Position numbers and translations under genes: made by a program
Shown: positions 1 to 9,276 of the stretch, in pieces
Position numbering within the stretch: the stretch's first letter is position 1
Layout: every line of letters starts with the position of its first letter
Notes under the pieces: generated by a model
Database searches by the model: none
Seen by the model: only the letters and a program-made list of their open reading frames with translations
Told to the model about the DNA's origin: nothing
Assembly: GCA_963675515.1 (NCBI GenBank)
Contig: OY776328.1
Location: 900,001 to 932,000 of the forward strand
Direction of reading: 5' to 3'
DNA length: 32,000 nt
Origin: Coprobacillaceae bacterium
GTDB lineage: Bacteria; Bacillota_I; Bacilli_A; Erysipelotrichales; Coprobacillaceae

Positions 1-1
1 T

Positions 2-466
2 TGTGCCATCGTACTCGCTCCAATCGACAGGAATTACTACAATTACATCGAGCTGCCGTATTTTGACAAATGGTGCGTGCTGATGCGCAAGGACGACCCG
101 TTGGCCAGTTTCGATCTGATTGCCCACGACCAGCTGGAAGGACTGCCGCTAGCCATTCCCAACCGCAAGGAAGTTAAGGACACTTTCAATGAATGGATGG
201 GCAGGGATGTATCGGAGCAGTTCAAGGTGGAATTCGACGTCAACTCCAATCTTGGCTTGCTTGTAAAAGAGGGCTTCTGTTATGGAATATCAATTGAAGG
301 CGCAGCCCGGACGATTGTCGGTGAGGATCTGACATACCGCCTGCTCGAACCGGAAATATCGTCCCAGGCATTTTTGATCTGGAAAAAATCTGTCAAGACA
401 TCCCAGGCTCTGGAAAAGTTTCTTGAAAGCGTCAATGAGATAATCAGTAAAATGGACACCAAATAA
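2..466 (+). CDS. LysR-family transcriptional regulator, C-terminal substrate-binding part (5' end lies outside the window)
   Basis: The frame is open from base 2 to the TAA at 464-466. The sequence (PLAIPNRKEV...LIWKK...ALEKFLESV) resembles the C-terminal co-inducer domain of LysR-type regulators. No HTH is visible because the N-terminus is truncated by the window edge. Confidence 0.55.
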   Translation, partial: CAIVLAPIDRNYYNYIELPYFDKWCVLMRKDDPLASFDLIAHDQLEGLPLAIPNRKEVKDTFNEWMGRDVSEQFKVEFDVNSNLGLLVKEGFCYGISIEGAARTIVGEDLTYRLLEPEISSQAFLIWKKSVKTSQALEKFLESVNEIISKMDTK

Positions 467-488
467 GAATTTCAGTATCATCATAAGT

Positions 489-523
489 AAAAAGACCCGT
501 CAAAATTTGTGACGGGTCTTTTA
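489..523. terminator. Bidirectional rho-independent terminator between convergent genes
   Basis: Stem GACCCGTC (494-501) pairs with GACGGGTC (511-518). An A-run lies on the left and a T-run on the right. It sits between the stop codons of the LysR fragment and the minus-strand AKR gene. Confidence 0.6.
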
Positions 524-539
524 TATCTTTACTTGATGA

Positions 540-1634
540 TTATTCGAATGTGGCAGCCACATCTTTGAGCAATTTGATGATCGGCAGTTTCTGCGGGCAG
601 ATGTTCTCGCATTGGCCACACTCGATGCAATCTGACGCGTTGCCTTTGCCTTTGGTATGGACCCCATAGTAATAGCTGCTGTTCCAGTCGTTGAAGACCT
701 TCTTGTCGTTGTAGCAGCCAAACAAGTCGGGAATCGAGATGTTCATCGGGCAGCCATCGACACAGTAGCGACAGGCAGTGCAGTCGATCCGGTCGAGCGA
801 CTCGAGAATTTCACGGACTTTTACCACCGCTTCGTGTTCCTCATCGGTGAATGGTTTGAAATCCTTCATGAAGCTGATATTGTCATTCATCTGTTCGATG
901 GTGCTCATGCCCGAAAGAACCTTGTAGACCCCTTCGAATGAAGCCGCAAATCTTAATGCATAGCTGGCATAGCTTGCGTTTGGATCTAGTTTGTCGAATA
1001 CCGCCTTGGCAGTCTCAGGCAGGTTGACCAGTCCGCCACCCTTGATCGGTTCCATTATCAATATCGGTTTTCCGTGCTTGCGGCAGATGTCGTAGGCTTT
1101 TTTACTTTGGACACTCGGATTATTGATGTCCATGTAGTTGAACTGGATCTGGACAATTTCGATTTCCGGATGTTCGGTCAATATCATATCCAGGACATCG
1201 GAAGTATCATGGAAAGAGATTCCGACGTGCTTGATTTTTCCTTCGGATTTTAGTTCCTGGGCGATTTCATAGGCCCGGTGCTTTTTGAAATGTTCATAGT
1301 TGTGGCGATCCTGGGCATGCATCAGGTAGTAGTCGAAATACTCCACTCCGGTGTCTTTTAGCTGCTGCATGAAAAATGGCCGGATAGCCTCTTCGCTGTT
1401 GAAGTAGCTGACGGTCAGCTTGTCGGTAAGAATGAATGAGTCGCGGGGATAACGGGCCACCAGGCAGTCCTTAAGGGCGAGTTCGCTTTTCCCGTTGATA
1501 TAGCCATGGGCCGTGTCGAAATAATTGAACCCGGCATCCATGTAGGTATCAATCATTAAATTGAACTGTTCGTAATCCACTTCGCCGTTTTTCATGGGCA
1601 GGCGCATGCACCCAAATCCGAATTTGTCTACCAT
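540..1634 (-). CDS. Aldo/keto reductase fused to a C-terminal 2x[4Fe-4S] ferredoxin-type domain
   Basis: 364-aa ORF with RBS GAGGAG upstream of the ATG. The N-terminal AKR fold shows (FGCMRLP, FDTAHGY, HVGISFH). The C-terminus has two CxxCxxCxxxCP motifs (CTACRYCVDGCP and CIECGQCENICP). Confidence 0.85.
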   Translation of the reverse strand: MVDKFGFGCMRLPMKNGEVDYEQFNLMIDTYMDAGFNYFDTAHGYINGKSELALKDCLVARYPRDSFILTDKLTVSYFNSEEAIRPFFMQQLKDTGVEYFDYYLMHAQDRHNYEHFKKHRAYEIAQELKSEGKIKHVGISFHDTSDVLDMILTEHPEIEIVQIQFNYMDINNPSVQSKKAYDICRKHGKPILIMEPIKGGGLVNLPETAKAVFDKLDPNASYASYALRFAASFEGVYKVLSGMSTIEQMNDNISFMKDFKPFTDEEHEAVVKVREILESLDRIDCTACRYCVDGCPMNISIPDLFGCYNDKKVFNDWNSSYYYGVHTKGKGNASDCIECGQCENICPQKLPIIKLLKDVAATFE

Positions 1635-1924
1635 TTGAATCTCCTCTTTTTCTTTAATCTAGTTGTTTTTCGCAATTTTGTTTACGCAAGTCAATACATT
1701 AATGCTAGCGGACATCCAATGCATATTAGTTTAATACAAAATCAAAAATTGCCTCTGGATTGAAGTCCCAGGGTATTAAAAAATATCGATTGTTTCAATT
1801 ACCAACTTCATCGTTATGTATGCAATTATATGGTTGGATATCCCGCATTAATAGGGCTATAATTAGGTTAAGGTACCATTTTGAAATATGATGGTCATTT
1901 TGCACCTTTAAAACCTCTATATTG

Positions 1925-1955
1925 ATTATAATTGATGGAGTTAACTCCATGTCAA
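1925..1955 (-). promoter_or_regulatory. MerR-type promoter P1 (minus strand): consensus -35/-10 with a 19-bp spacer holding a perfect 16-bp palindrome
   Basis: The minus strand reads TTGACA (1955-1950), a 19-nt spacer, then TATAAT (1930-1925). The palindrome ATGGAGTTAACTCCAT (1935-1950) starts at the last base of the -35. It points toward the AKR-ferredoxin gene. Confidence 0.6.
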
Positions 1956-2024
1956 CGTTAAATTGAATGTAACGTAATAATATTTTCTTTGCAAAAAATA
2001 ATTCAAAAAAGTCATTGAAACCAT

Positions 2025-2055
2025 TTGACATGGAGTCGACTCCATTTGTTAAGCT
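2025..2055 (+). promoter_or_regulatory. MerR-type promoter P2 (plus strand): 19-bp spacer with a perfect 16-bp palindrome
   Basis: TTGACA (2025-2030), a 19-nt spacer, then TAAGCT (2050-2055). The palindrome ATGGAGTCGACTCCAT (2030-2045) sits in the same register as in P1. It precedes the SDR-MerR-AKR operon. Confidence 0.6.
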
Positions 2056-2112
2056 TGGATTGTGAAGTTTATTTATAACGCTAGAATCATAAATGAAATG
2101 GAGACAAGGAAT

Positions 2113-2934
2113 ATGGAAAACAAAGAAGTTGTCGTGCTTACCGGAGCCGGTTCTATTGGGCTGGCTATTGTTCGAAGAATCGGGGTGGGCAAACACATTG
2201 TAGTTGCCGATTTGAATCTGGAAAACGCCAAAGCTGTATCTCAAACACTTTATGACTCCGGCTACAATAGCACTCCGGCGACAGTCGATATATCATCACG
2301 CAGGTCGATATTGGATCTGATAGAAACGGCAAAACAATATGGAAAAATCACCCGATTCGTCAACGCGGCGGGGGTTTCCCCATCGCAGGCACCGATCGAA
2401 GTAATCCTGAAAATCGATCTATACGGCAGTGCCGTATTACTTGAGGAATTCGGCAAGGTGATCGAACCGGGCGGAACAGGTGTCATCATTTCTTCAATGT
2501 CCGGATATCGCTTAGGTGTACTTGAACAGGTCCAAAGTGACCAGCTGGCAACCACCCCGACTGAAGAATTGTTGAGTCTGCCTTTTTTACAGGTTGAAAA
2601 TGTAAAAGATACTCTTCACGCCTACCAGTTATCCAAACGCTGCAACGGTTTGAGAGTGATGGCCGAAGCGGTCAAATGGGGCCAAAAAGGAGCCCAGATC
2701 AATTCCATCAGTCCGGGCATCATCATCACGCCTCTGGCCAATGACGAACTAAACGGCCCGCGGGGTGCCGGATACAAAGCGATGATGGAAAACTGTCCAG
2801 CTAAAAGAGCCGGGACTCCCGATGAAGTGGCGGCTTTGGCTGATCTGATCATGGGTGAGCATGGCGGGTTTATCACCGGCAGTGACTTTTTGATTGACGG
2901 TGGTGTTACGGCCAACTACTGGTATGGTAAATAG
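2113..2934 (+). CDS. Short-chain dehydrogenase/reductase (SDR) family oxidoreductase
   Basis: I moved the start to the ATG at 2113 (MENKEVVVLTGAGSIGLAI), which has a GGAG RBS about 10 nt upstream. The track start at 2062 overlaps the promoter. TGAGSIG Rossmann motif, YQLSK catalytic Y-x-x-x-K, and PGIIITP. Confidence 0.85.
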   Translation: MENKEVVVLTGAGSIGLAIVRRIGVGKHIVVADLNLENAKAVSQTLYDSGYNSTPATVDISSRRSILDLIETAKQYGKITRFVNAAGVSPSQAPIEVILKIDLYGSAVLLEEFGKVIEPGGTGVIISSMSGYRLGVLEQVQSDQLATTPTEELLSLPFLQVENVKDTLHAYQLSKRCNGLRVMAEAVKWGQKGAQINSISPGIIITPLANDELNGPRGAGYKAMMENCPAKRAGTPDEVAALADLIMGEHGGFITGSDFLIDGGVTANYWYGK

Positions 2935-2963
2935 AATGGATATAATATACGAGGAGCAAATAA

Positions 2964-3353
2964 ATGCAGATATCGCAAGTTGCAATTAAATACGACCTGT
3001 CAATTGATACGATTCGCTTCTATGAAAAAGCTGGGCTGATTGATCCGGTCGCCAAGAATGACAGCGGCCGCAAGGTATATCAGGAAAAGGAAATGCGTCG
3101 AATCAATTTCATCAAGTGCATGCGCCAGGCTGGAATGAGCATCGAGAACATCAAGATATATGTCGACCTCTTCCATGAAGGTCTGGATACCATTCCTGAG
3201 CGCAAAAGCATACTGGAAAACCAACTGCAAAAGCTTATGATCCAGCAAGACGAGCTGGATACCCAGATTAATTTCCTGCAGGACAAGATTGCCAATTACG
3301 AGCAGACTCTCGTCAAAAGGGAAAAGGCCCGCAAGGAAATCGAAAACATCTGA
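2964..3353 (+). CDS. MerR-family transcriptional regulator
   Basis: 129 aa with RBS GAGGAG. It has the N-terminal MerR HTH (IKYDLSIDTIRFYEKAGLI) and a C-terminal coiled-coil dimerisation helix. It lies between two reductase genes and downstream of the MerR-type promoters. Confidence 0.9.
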   Translation: MQISQVAIKYDLSIDTIRFYEKAGLIDPVAKNDSGRKVYQEKEMRRINFIKCMRQAGMSIENIKIYVDLFHEGLDTIPERKSILENQLQKLMIQQDELDTQINFLQDKIANYEQTLVKREKARKEIENI

Positions 3354-3381
3354 TTAACGAAATCAACCAAGGAGAATACAA

Positions 3382-4350
3382 ATGGAATATGTGAATTTAG
3401 GCAATACCGGATTGAAAGTGTCAAGGTTATGTGTCGGCTGCATGGGCTTTGGCGTAATGGATAATGGAGGCATCCCCGGCAAGACAGGAGAGGCGGAAGC
3501 CCGGGAAATAATCAAATATGCCATCGACCAGGGCATCAACTTTTTTGATACGGCCAACTATTATTCGATGGGGGTCAGCGAGGAGATCCTTGGACGGGCC
3601 ATCAGAGATTTTGGCAACAGGGACGAAGTGGTTATTGCAACCAAACTGTACTATCCGATGCATGGAGGGGCCAACGCCAAGGGACTTTCAAGAAAGGCCA
3701 TCTTCACTGAAGTCGAAAATTCTTTAAAAAGACTGCAAATGGACTATGTCGACCTTTACATCATCCACCGGATCGACTACACGACCCCGCTTGAAGAAGT
3801 TATGGGAGCTTTGAACGACCTGGTGCGCATGGGCAAGGTAAGATACATCGGGGCAAGCAGCATGTACGCCTGGCAGTTTGTCAAGGCCAATGCGATTGCC
3901 AGACAGAATGGCTGGGCCCAGTTCATCTCGATGCAGGACACCTACAATCTGGTCTACCGCGAAGAGGAAAAAGAAATGTATCCGATGTGCATCGACCAGA
4001 AAATCGCAATCACTCCTTATTCGCCAGTTGCCCATGGCGTCCTGGTCAAACCTCATGATGCCCCCCGGACTGATGGCATTGTTAAGCTGCAAAATGATTA
4101 TGTCCTGGAACACGACCGGGAAATTGTGCGCAGGGTCGAAGAACTAGCCCAAAAGATGGGAATATCCAAATCCCAGTTGGCTTTGGCTTGGATGTTGAAC
4201 AAGCCCCATATCACAGCGCCGCTGGTAGGGAGCTCGAAAGTCGGCTACCTTGAAGAAGCCATCAAGGCGCTGGATATCAAACTGACCAAGGAAGAAATGA
4301 ACTACCTTGAAGACCCGTACGTTCCCCATACCCAATACGGGTTCCGCTAA
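3382..4350 (+). CDS. Aldo/keto reductase (AKR11/YhdN-like type)
   Basis: 322 aa with RBS AAGGAG. Motifs: GCMGFG, NFFDTANYY, DLYIIHRID, GKVRYIGASS. Confidence 0.9.
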   Translation: MEYVNLGNTGLKVSRLCVGCMGFGVMDNGGIPGKTGEAEAREIIKYAIDQGINFFDTANYYSMGVSEEILGRAIRDFGNRDEVVIATKLYYPMHGGANAKGLSRKAIFTEVENSLKRLQMDYVDLYIIHRIDYTTPLEEVMGALNDLVRMGKVRYIGASSMYAWQFVKANAIARQNGWAQFISMQDTYNLVYREEEKEMYPMCIDQKIAITPYSPVAHGVLVKPHDAPRTDGIVKLQNDYVLEHDREIVRRVEELAQKMGISKSQLALAWMLNKPHITAPLVGSSKVGYLEEAIKALDIKLTKEEMNYLEDPYVPHTQYGFR

Positions 4351-4375
4351 GGTTGTGATCAACTGAATATCGAAG

Positions 4376-4423
4376 AAAAAACCTGACTCTTGATTGATGC
4401 AAAATCAAAAGTCAGGTTCTTTT
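4376..4423. terminator. Bidirectional rho-independent terminator
   Basis: A long hairpin pairs AACCTGACT (4380-4388) with AGTCAGGTT (4410-4418). An A-run lies 5' and TTTT lies 3'. It sits between the convergent AKR and AraC genes. Confidence 0.65.
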
Positions 4424-4425
4424 AT

Positions 4426-5412
4426 CTAATCGAATTTGTCGCGGTATTCCTGCGGGGTGCATCCGGCATACTCTTTGAAACGGCTGTAGAATGATGTCAG
4501 ATTGTTGATCCCGACCGTCTGGGCGATTTCATAGATTGGCAGGGATTTGTTGTGGAGCAGGATCGAGGCTTTCTTCATCCGCTCGGTGTTTACTAGCTGC
4601 TTGAAGGTCTGGCCGAAATGCCCCTTGATAAGCTTGCTGGCATAAGTAGGGTCGTATCCCAAAGCCTGACACATCGATTTGAGATTTCCTTGGATGAAGT
4701 TGGTCTGGATATAGGAAGATATGTCTTCCATCAGCTCGTCATTGCGGCCGTGGACAAAATCAAGATTGGTGTCATACTGGAATTTCCTGAACAGCTGGGT
4801 AATCAGGATCATGATGAAGTTGTCGATCAGCTCGTCCGAACAGACGCTCGGATCGAAATGTTCGCAAAGGATGTTGTCGATGCAGTCCTTGGTCAGTTCG
4901 TCGTTGCCAGTCTTGAAGACAAGATAATGGATATGGCTGTTCTGGTTGTTCATCAGCTCATGCATGAATTTCGACTTGTGGTGGTCGCTTGGCAGATGGT
5001 TGATGAATCGTTTAGAGAAATAATTTTCTCCAAGGATGATGTTGATGCCAAGGTCCTCATCCTGGGTTTTTTCGACGCTGTGGGGGACGTGGCGGTCGAA
5101 AATGATCAAATCGCCTTCACTCAGAGTGATCGTGCTTTCATCTACATTTATTGATAGTGAGCCGCTGTATACATAGGTCATGACGATGTAGTGGAAGATG
5201 TGCATCGGGGTGAACGACGCCCGACGGGGATGTAAAGCGATTATGTGTTCCCGTCCGGAAAACTCCCGGTCATGATTGAAAACGTAAAGAAAATCGCCTT
5301 TATATGGTACTTTATCGAATTTCTCATCGAAGTGCTCGAGGACCTCTTCATCGCTGGCGCTCTGGAATGTGCTATTGTCTTTAAGTTTTATCGCTAGTTC
5401 TTGTTTGTTCAT
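4426..5412 (-). CDS. AraC-family transcriptional regulator (cupin sensor plus C-terminal HTH)
   Basis: 328 aa with RBS AAGGAGG. The C-terminal AraC HTH shows (IYEIAQTVGINNLTSFYSRFKEYAGCTPQEYR). It is divergent from the PTS EIIC/GH78 genes. Confidence 0.85.
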   Translation of the reverse strand: MNKQELAIKLKDNSTFQSASDEEVLEHFDEKFDKVPYKGDFLYVFNHDREFSGREHIIALHPRRASFTPMHIFHYIVMTYVYSGSLSINVDESTITLSEGDLIIFDRHVPHSVEKTQDEDLGINIILGENYFSKRFINHLPSDHHKSKFMHELMNNQNSHIHYLVFKTGNDELTKDCIDNILCEHFDPSVCSDELIDNFIMILITQLFRKFQYDTNLDFVHGRNDELMEDISSYIQTNFIQGNLKSMCQALGYDPTYASKLIKGHFGQTFKQLVNTERMKKASILLHNKSLPIYEIAQTVGINNLTSFYSRFKEYAGCTPQEYRDKFD

Positions 5413-5491
5413 AAGGCCTCCTTTTCCATTATACCAATATTTTCAATTTTTGATAGTCATAAAAACTTTTATTGACATTGTTTCTTTGTTG

Positions 5492-5505
5492 TGAAACCGG
5501 TTATA
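5492..5505 (+). promoter_or_regulatory. Candidate cre (CcpA) catabolite-responsive element overlapping a TATAAT box
   Basis: TGAAACCGGTTATA matches the cre consensus TGWAANCGNTNWCA at all defined positions but one. It overlaps TATAAT (5502-5507) upstream of the EIIC gene. Confidence 0.35.
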
Positions 5506-5596
5506 ATAACAGTGTAATCAAAACAGGCCGAGCATTACAACAGTTTTCGAAAACCAGAATTGAAAAACTCAAAACAAAATATTAGGAGAGAATATT

Positions 5597-6913
5597 ATGA
5601 AAGACAATCAATTTCTTGAATCCCTTCAGGAAAAATTAGCTGGCTTCTCTGGGAAGATCAGCTCTAACCCTTATATCTTGGCAATCCGTGATGGGATGTT
5701 GGCATACATGCCATTCACATTCATCGCATCAATCTTCCTGATCGTTGCCTTTCCCCCAATTCAGGCAATCACTGATCTGATCACGAGCATCGTAGGCGTT
5801 GAATACGGTGTCTGGATGGGTAAATTATTATTAGTAGCAAGCGTTACCTTGGATGTCAGCGGTTTGCTTGTTGCAATCTCACTGTCAAAAAGTTTGGCAG
5901 CGAAGTTGGAAGTGGCGGAAATGCCAGTCATCCTTACTTCAGTAGTATCATTCCTGTTATTGACTCCACAAATGGCAACTGAAGCCGGAGATGCAATCCA
6001 AGTAGCCAAAATCGGTTCGGAAGCATTGTTCTTGGCGATGGTTGTTTCAATGCTGACAACTAGAATATACAAATTCATCGACAGCAAGAACCTTAAAATC
6101 AAGATGCCTGATGCGGTACCACCTGCAGTATCGGCACCATTCGAATCAATCATTCCTTCATTCATCATCGTCTTCTTGTTCTGGGCATTGCGCCTGATCC
6201 TAGAAGGATTCTTCGATTCTTCGGCTTTGGTAATGATCAACAGTACATTGGGTATGCCAATCAAAATGTTGGGTGGATCATTATTCGGGGTTGTAATCGC
6301 TAAAATTTTCGAACAGCTGTTATGGTTCTTCGGAATCCATGGAGGTTCGATCGTATCAGGTGTAATGACACCAGTATTCCAAGTATTGGAAGATGCAAAC
6401 AAAGCCGCTTCAATCGCTGGACAACCTTTGCCAAATATCATCTGTAACTCATTCTTCACTCACTTTGCCGGTATCGGTATCGTCGGTTCGGTAGTAGCTT
6501 TAATTATTGTGGCAAAATCAAAACGCTACAAGGAAATGGGTAAAATCGCCGGAGTTCCTTACCTGTTCAATATCGGTGAACCTGCGTTGTTCGGTATCCC
6601 ATTGATGCTTAATGTCACTTTCTTCATTCCGTTCGTATTCACTTGCGCTATTTCTGCGGTACTTGCATACTTGGCATTCGCATCAGGTATCGTTCCGATT
6701 CCAACTGGTTTGGTACAGTTGCCATGGACAACTCCACCAGTAATCAGTGGTTACCTGGTTACCGGAAGTATCATGGGTGGGGCATTGCAATTGTTCCTGA
6801 TTGCGGTTTCTACAATCATCTGGATTCCATTCATCAGAGTTGAATACAAAAAACTGGTTCGTGAAGAAGCAGGTCTGCCTTTAGAAGAGGAAGTGTCAAA
6901 AGTAGAAGCGTAA
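5597..6913 (+). CDS. PTS sugar transporter subunit EIIC (lactose/cellobiose family)
   Basis: 438-aa polytopic membrane protein with RBS AGGAGAG. The N-terminus is typical of EIIC type 3 (NPYILAIRDGM) and there is an internal FGIHGG motif. No EIIA or EIIB gene is in the window. Confidence 0.85.
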   Translation: MKDNQFLESLQEKLAGFSGKISSNPYILAIRDGMLAYMPFTFIASIFLIVAFPPIQAITDLITSIVGVEYGVWMGKLLLVASVTLDVSGLLVAISLSKSLAAKLEVAEMPVILTSVVSFLLLTPQMATEAGDAIQVAKIGSEALFLAMVVSMLTTRIYKFIDSKNLKIKMPDAVPPAVSAPFESIIPSFIIVFLFWALRLILEGFFDSSALVMINSTLGMPIKMLGGSLFGVVIAKIFEQLLWFFGIHGGSIVSGVMTPVFQVLEDANKAASIAGQPLPNIICNSFFTHFAGIGIVGSVVALIIVAKSKRYKEMGKIAGVPYLFNIGEPALFGIPLMLNVTFFIPFVFTCAISAVLAYLAFASGIVPIPTGLVQLPWTTPPVISGYLVTGSIMGGALQLFLIAVSTIIWIPFIRVEYKKLVREEAGLPLEEEVSKVEA

Positions 6914-6939
6914 GCTTCTGCTTTTGATTAAACAGTATT

Positions 6940-9204
6940 ATGGTTTTAAGCAAAGATAATTTGTTTCGTGGCAGTTGGATTTATGGCAATGATTTTGATT
7001 ATGGCCTTGATGATGCTGGCTACTATCAAAACAATCATAATACAGTCCTGAAAAAAGAATTCGAAGTTGAAAGCTTCAAGGAAGCCAACTTATATATCGC
7101 CGCACTGGGATATTACATCCTGAAAATCAACGGCAAAAGAGTTGGGGACTATGAATTGAATTCTGATTGGACGGACTATCAAAAAATCGTATATTATGAT
7201 GACTATGACATCTCCAGTTACCTAAAAGACGGAACGAACTATCTTGAAATTGAATTGGGTAACGGGATGTATAATCCATCACCATTGAAACTTTTTGGAA
7301 AATACAATCTGCGTGAAAGACTGGCTGAAGTGGGAACACCTAAAATCATCTGTGATATCGAGGTTGATGGTAAAATCGTTCTTTGTTCAAACAGTTCATG
7401 GGAATATGTCAATGGCCAGTTCCTGTTCAACAACCTTTATCTAGGTGAAACAGTTGATTTAAATTACCATGACCCAATCAAAAAGCAGGTCAGCACAATT
7501 GATGATAGACGCAATTACCAGCCAAGTTTCATTCCCAAAATTCGGCGAATCAAGGCAGTGAAGGACTATGAGCTGAGCCAAACTGAAAATGGGCTGCTTG
7601 TTGATTTCCATGAAATGATTTCGGGATTCGTCAAGATCAGCTTCAAGTCTAAAAAAGGCAATGAAATCACCATCAGATACAGCGAATTGAAAACCGGCGA
7701 TAAGCTGGAGTTTGAATCAAGCTATGCCGGAAGTGTCGGAATGGTCATTGAAGGTAACAATATCACCGGCGGTCCCGGAGCGCCTGAAAAGGGAATCCAG
7801 ACCGACCTGATCATCGCCAGTGAAGGCGTCAACGAGTTTGAAAACAAGTTCACTTATCATTCATTCCGGTATGCTCTGATTGAAGGGCTTGTAGCTGATG
7901 ATATCATTTCACTGGAAGCCATCTATGTCCACACGGAACTGGAATTCACCGGCGAAGTGAAATCGGACAGCGAATATTACAATGATCTTTACGATGCGGC
8001 CATCCGAACCAAACTCAACAACGTTCACAGCGTGTTCGAGGACTGTGCGCGGGAGAGGCTCGGTTATGGTGGGGATATAGTCGCCTTGGCCGTGTCGAAT
8101 CTTTACGCCTTCGATGTCAATGCCATGTTCAAAAAGACGATAATCGACTTCCGGGTCGAGCAGACTGAAAACGGTGGCATGCCCGAAACCGCACCTTTCA
8201 TGGGAATCGGCTCGAATGGGACAGCCTATGGGGAAGGCCCGCTGCTTTGGCAGTTCGTCTATCCTTACTTGATTGTCAAGAACTATCAGTTCTATGGCGA
8301 TAGAGAAACACTAGCCAATGAGTATCCATATTACTGTAAGCTGGTAGACTACCTGCTGAGCTTTGATCTTGATGAGCTGGCAACCCGTTGCCTTGGCGAT
8401 CACGGCAGTGTTCTGACGGCTGGAAGTTTCAAAACTTCCACACCGGACAAGCTGTTCACCGGGTATTGTTCAGTCCTGATGTTTGTCGAATACCTGATCA
8501 AAATGCAGAATATCCTGGAAATCGACTCACATGAATATCAGGTGAAATACGACGGGATCAAAGATGCGATCACCGCTAAGTTCCAAAACAGCGACGGTTC
8601 TTTTGGCGCTGCGACCCAGACAGCATATGCCTTTGCGATCGAAGCAAAACTAGGCGAAACTGACAATCTGGTCAATCAACTTGTCGCAAAAATCGAAACA
8701 GATGATTATGTGATCAATGCCGGAATTTTCGGAATGGCCTTCATCTATGACATCCTCAACAAGCACCATTTCGATGAAGTGATCGAACAATGGCTCAACC
8801 GGGAAGAAGCACCGTCATTCAAGAATATGCTTGCCAAGGGGAGCAAGATTCTTGAGGAGCAGTTCTTCAACAAATACTCATCATACAACCATGCGATGTT
8901 CTCGAGCTATGTCCAATGGTATTACCAGGGACTAGGCGGAATCCGGGTTGAAGATGACGCCATTGGGTGTGACAGCATGTCAATCTGCCCGTATTTTTCA
9001 AAGCTGATTGACAGTTATGAATGCACTTTTGAATCACTAAAGGGTACCGTAATAGTTAAATGGCAAAGAACCGGGGACAATGTCGAATGCACAATTTGTC
9101 TGCCTGAAGGGCTGGACAATTGCCAGATAAATATCGGCTCAAGATATGAGGTCGTAGAGGAATCCCACAGCACCACCAGACATACATATGTAGTAAAGAA
9201 TTGA
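6940..9204 (+). CDS. Alpha-L-rhamnosidase, GH78 family (no signal peptide, predicted cytoplasmic)
   Basis: 754 aa. The GH78 N-terminal domain signature shows (LKKEFEV...ANLYIAALGYYILKINGKRVGDYELNSDWTDYQKIVYYDDYDIS...GNGMY). The catalytic-domain motif is FEDCARERLGYGGD. The RBS is weak, so the start is less certain. Confidence 0.8.
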   Translation: MVLSKDNLFRGSWIYGNDFDYGLDDAGYYQNNHNTVLKKEFEVESFKEANLYIAALGYYILKINGKRVGDYELNSDWTDYQKIVYYDDYDISSYLKDGTNYLEIELGNGMYNPSPLKLFGKYNLRERLAEVGTPKIICDIEVDGKIVLCSNSSWEYVNGQFLFNNLYLGETVDLNYHDPIKKQVSTIDDRRNYQPSFIPKIRRIKAVKDYELSQTENGLLVDFHEMISGFVKISFKSKKGNEITIRYSELKTGDKLEFESSYAGSVGMVIEGNNITGGPGAPEKGIQTDLIIASEGVNEFENKFTYHSFRYALIEGLVADDIISLEAIYVHTELEFTGEVKSDSEYYNDLYDAAIRTKLNNVHSVFEDCARERLGYGGDIVALAVSNLYAFDVNAMFKKTIIDFRVEQTENGGMPETAPFMGIGSNGTAYGEGPLLWQFVYPYLIVKNYQFYGDRETLANEYPYYCKLVDYLLSFDLDELATRCLGDHGSVLTAGSFKTSTPDKLFTGYCSVLMFVEYLIKMQNILEIDSHEYQVKYDGIKDAITAKFQNSDGSFGAATQTAYAFAIEAKLGETDNLVNQLVAKIETDDYVINAGIFGMAFIYDILNKHHFDEVIEQWLNREEAPSFKNMLAKGSKILEEQFFNKYSSYNHAMFSSYVQWYYQGLGGIRVEDDAIGCDSMSICPYFSKLIDSYECTFESLKGTVIVKWQRTGDNVECTICLPEGLDNCQINIGSRYEVVEESHSTTRHTYVVKN

Positions 9205-9276
9205 TAACAAACAAATGAAAAGATAACCTGGTTATCTTTTCATTTACCCAAAAATACATGAATTGAGGAAGAGAAA

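Noticed and set aside
2062-2112. Long 5' extensions of track ORFs (2062 SDR, 12284 rhaB, 13671 rhaA, 14860 rhaD, 19126 bacteriocin, 23503 transposase, 31447 response regulator)
   Set aside because: Each has an internal start with a well-spaced Shine-Dalgarno sequence that matches the conserved N-terminus of the family. The extensions overlap upstream genes, promoters or a terminator.
1795-2244. 149-aa minus-strand ORF spanning the MerR promoter region and the SDR 5' end
   Set aside because: It runs across both MerR-type promoters and lies antisense to the SDR start. It has no RBS, a low-complexity composition and no recognisable family.
5472-5507. TTGACA (5472-5477) and TATAAT (5502-5507) as a promoter pair for the EIIC gene
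   Set aside because: The spacer is 24 nt, far from the 17 +/- 1 optimum. The two hexamers probably do not act together, and an AraC-dependent promoter geometry cannot be resolved by eye.
5761-6459. 232-aa minus-strand ORF inside the PTS EIIC gene
   Set aside because: It is antisense to a strongly supported membrane-transporter gene. It has no RBS and no recognisable domains.
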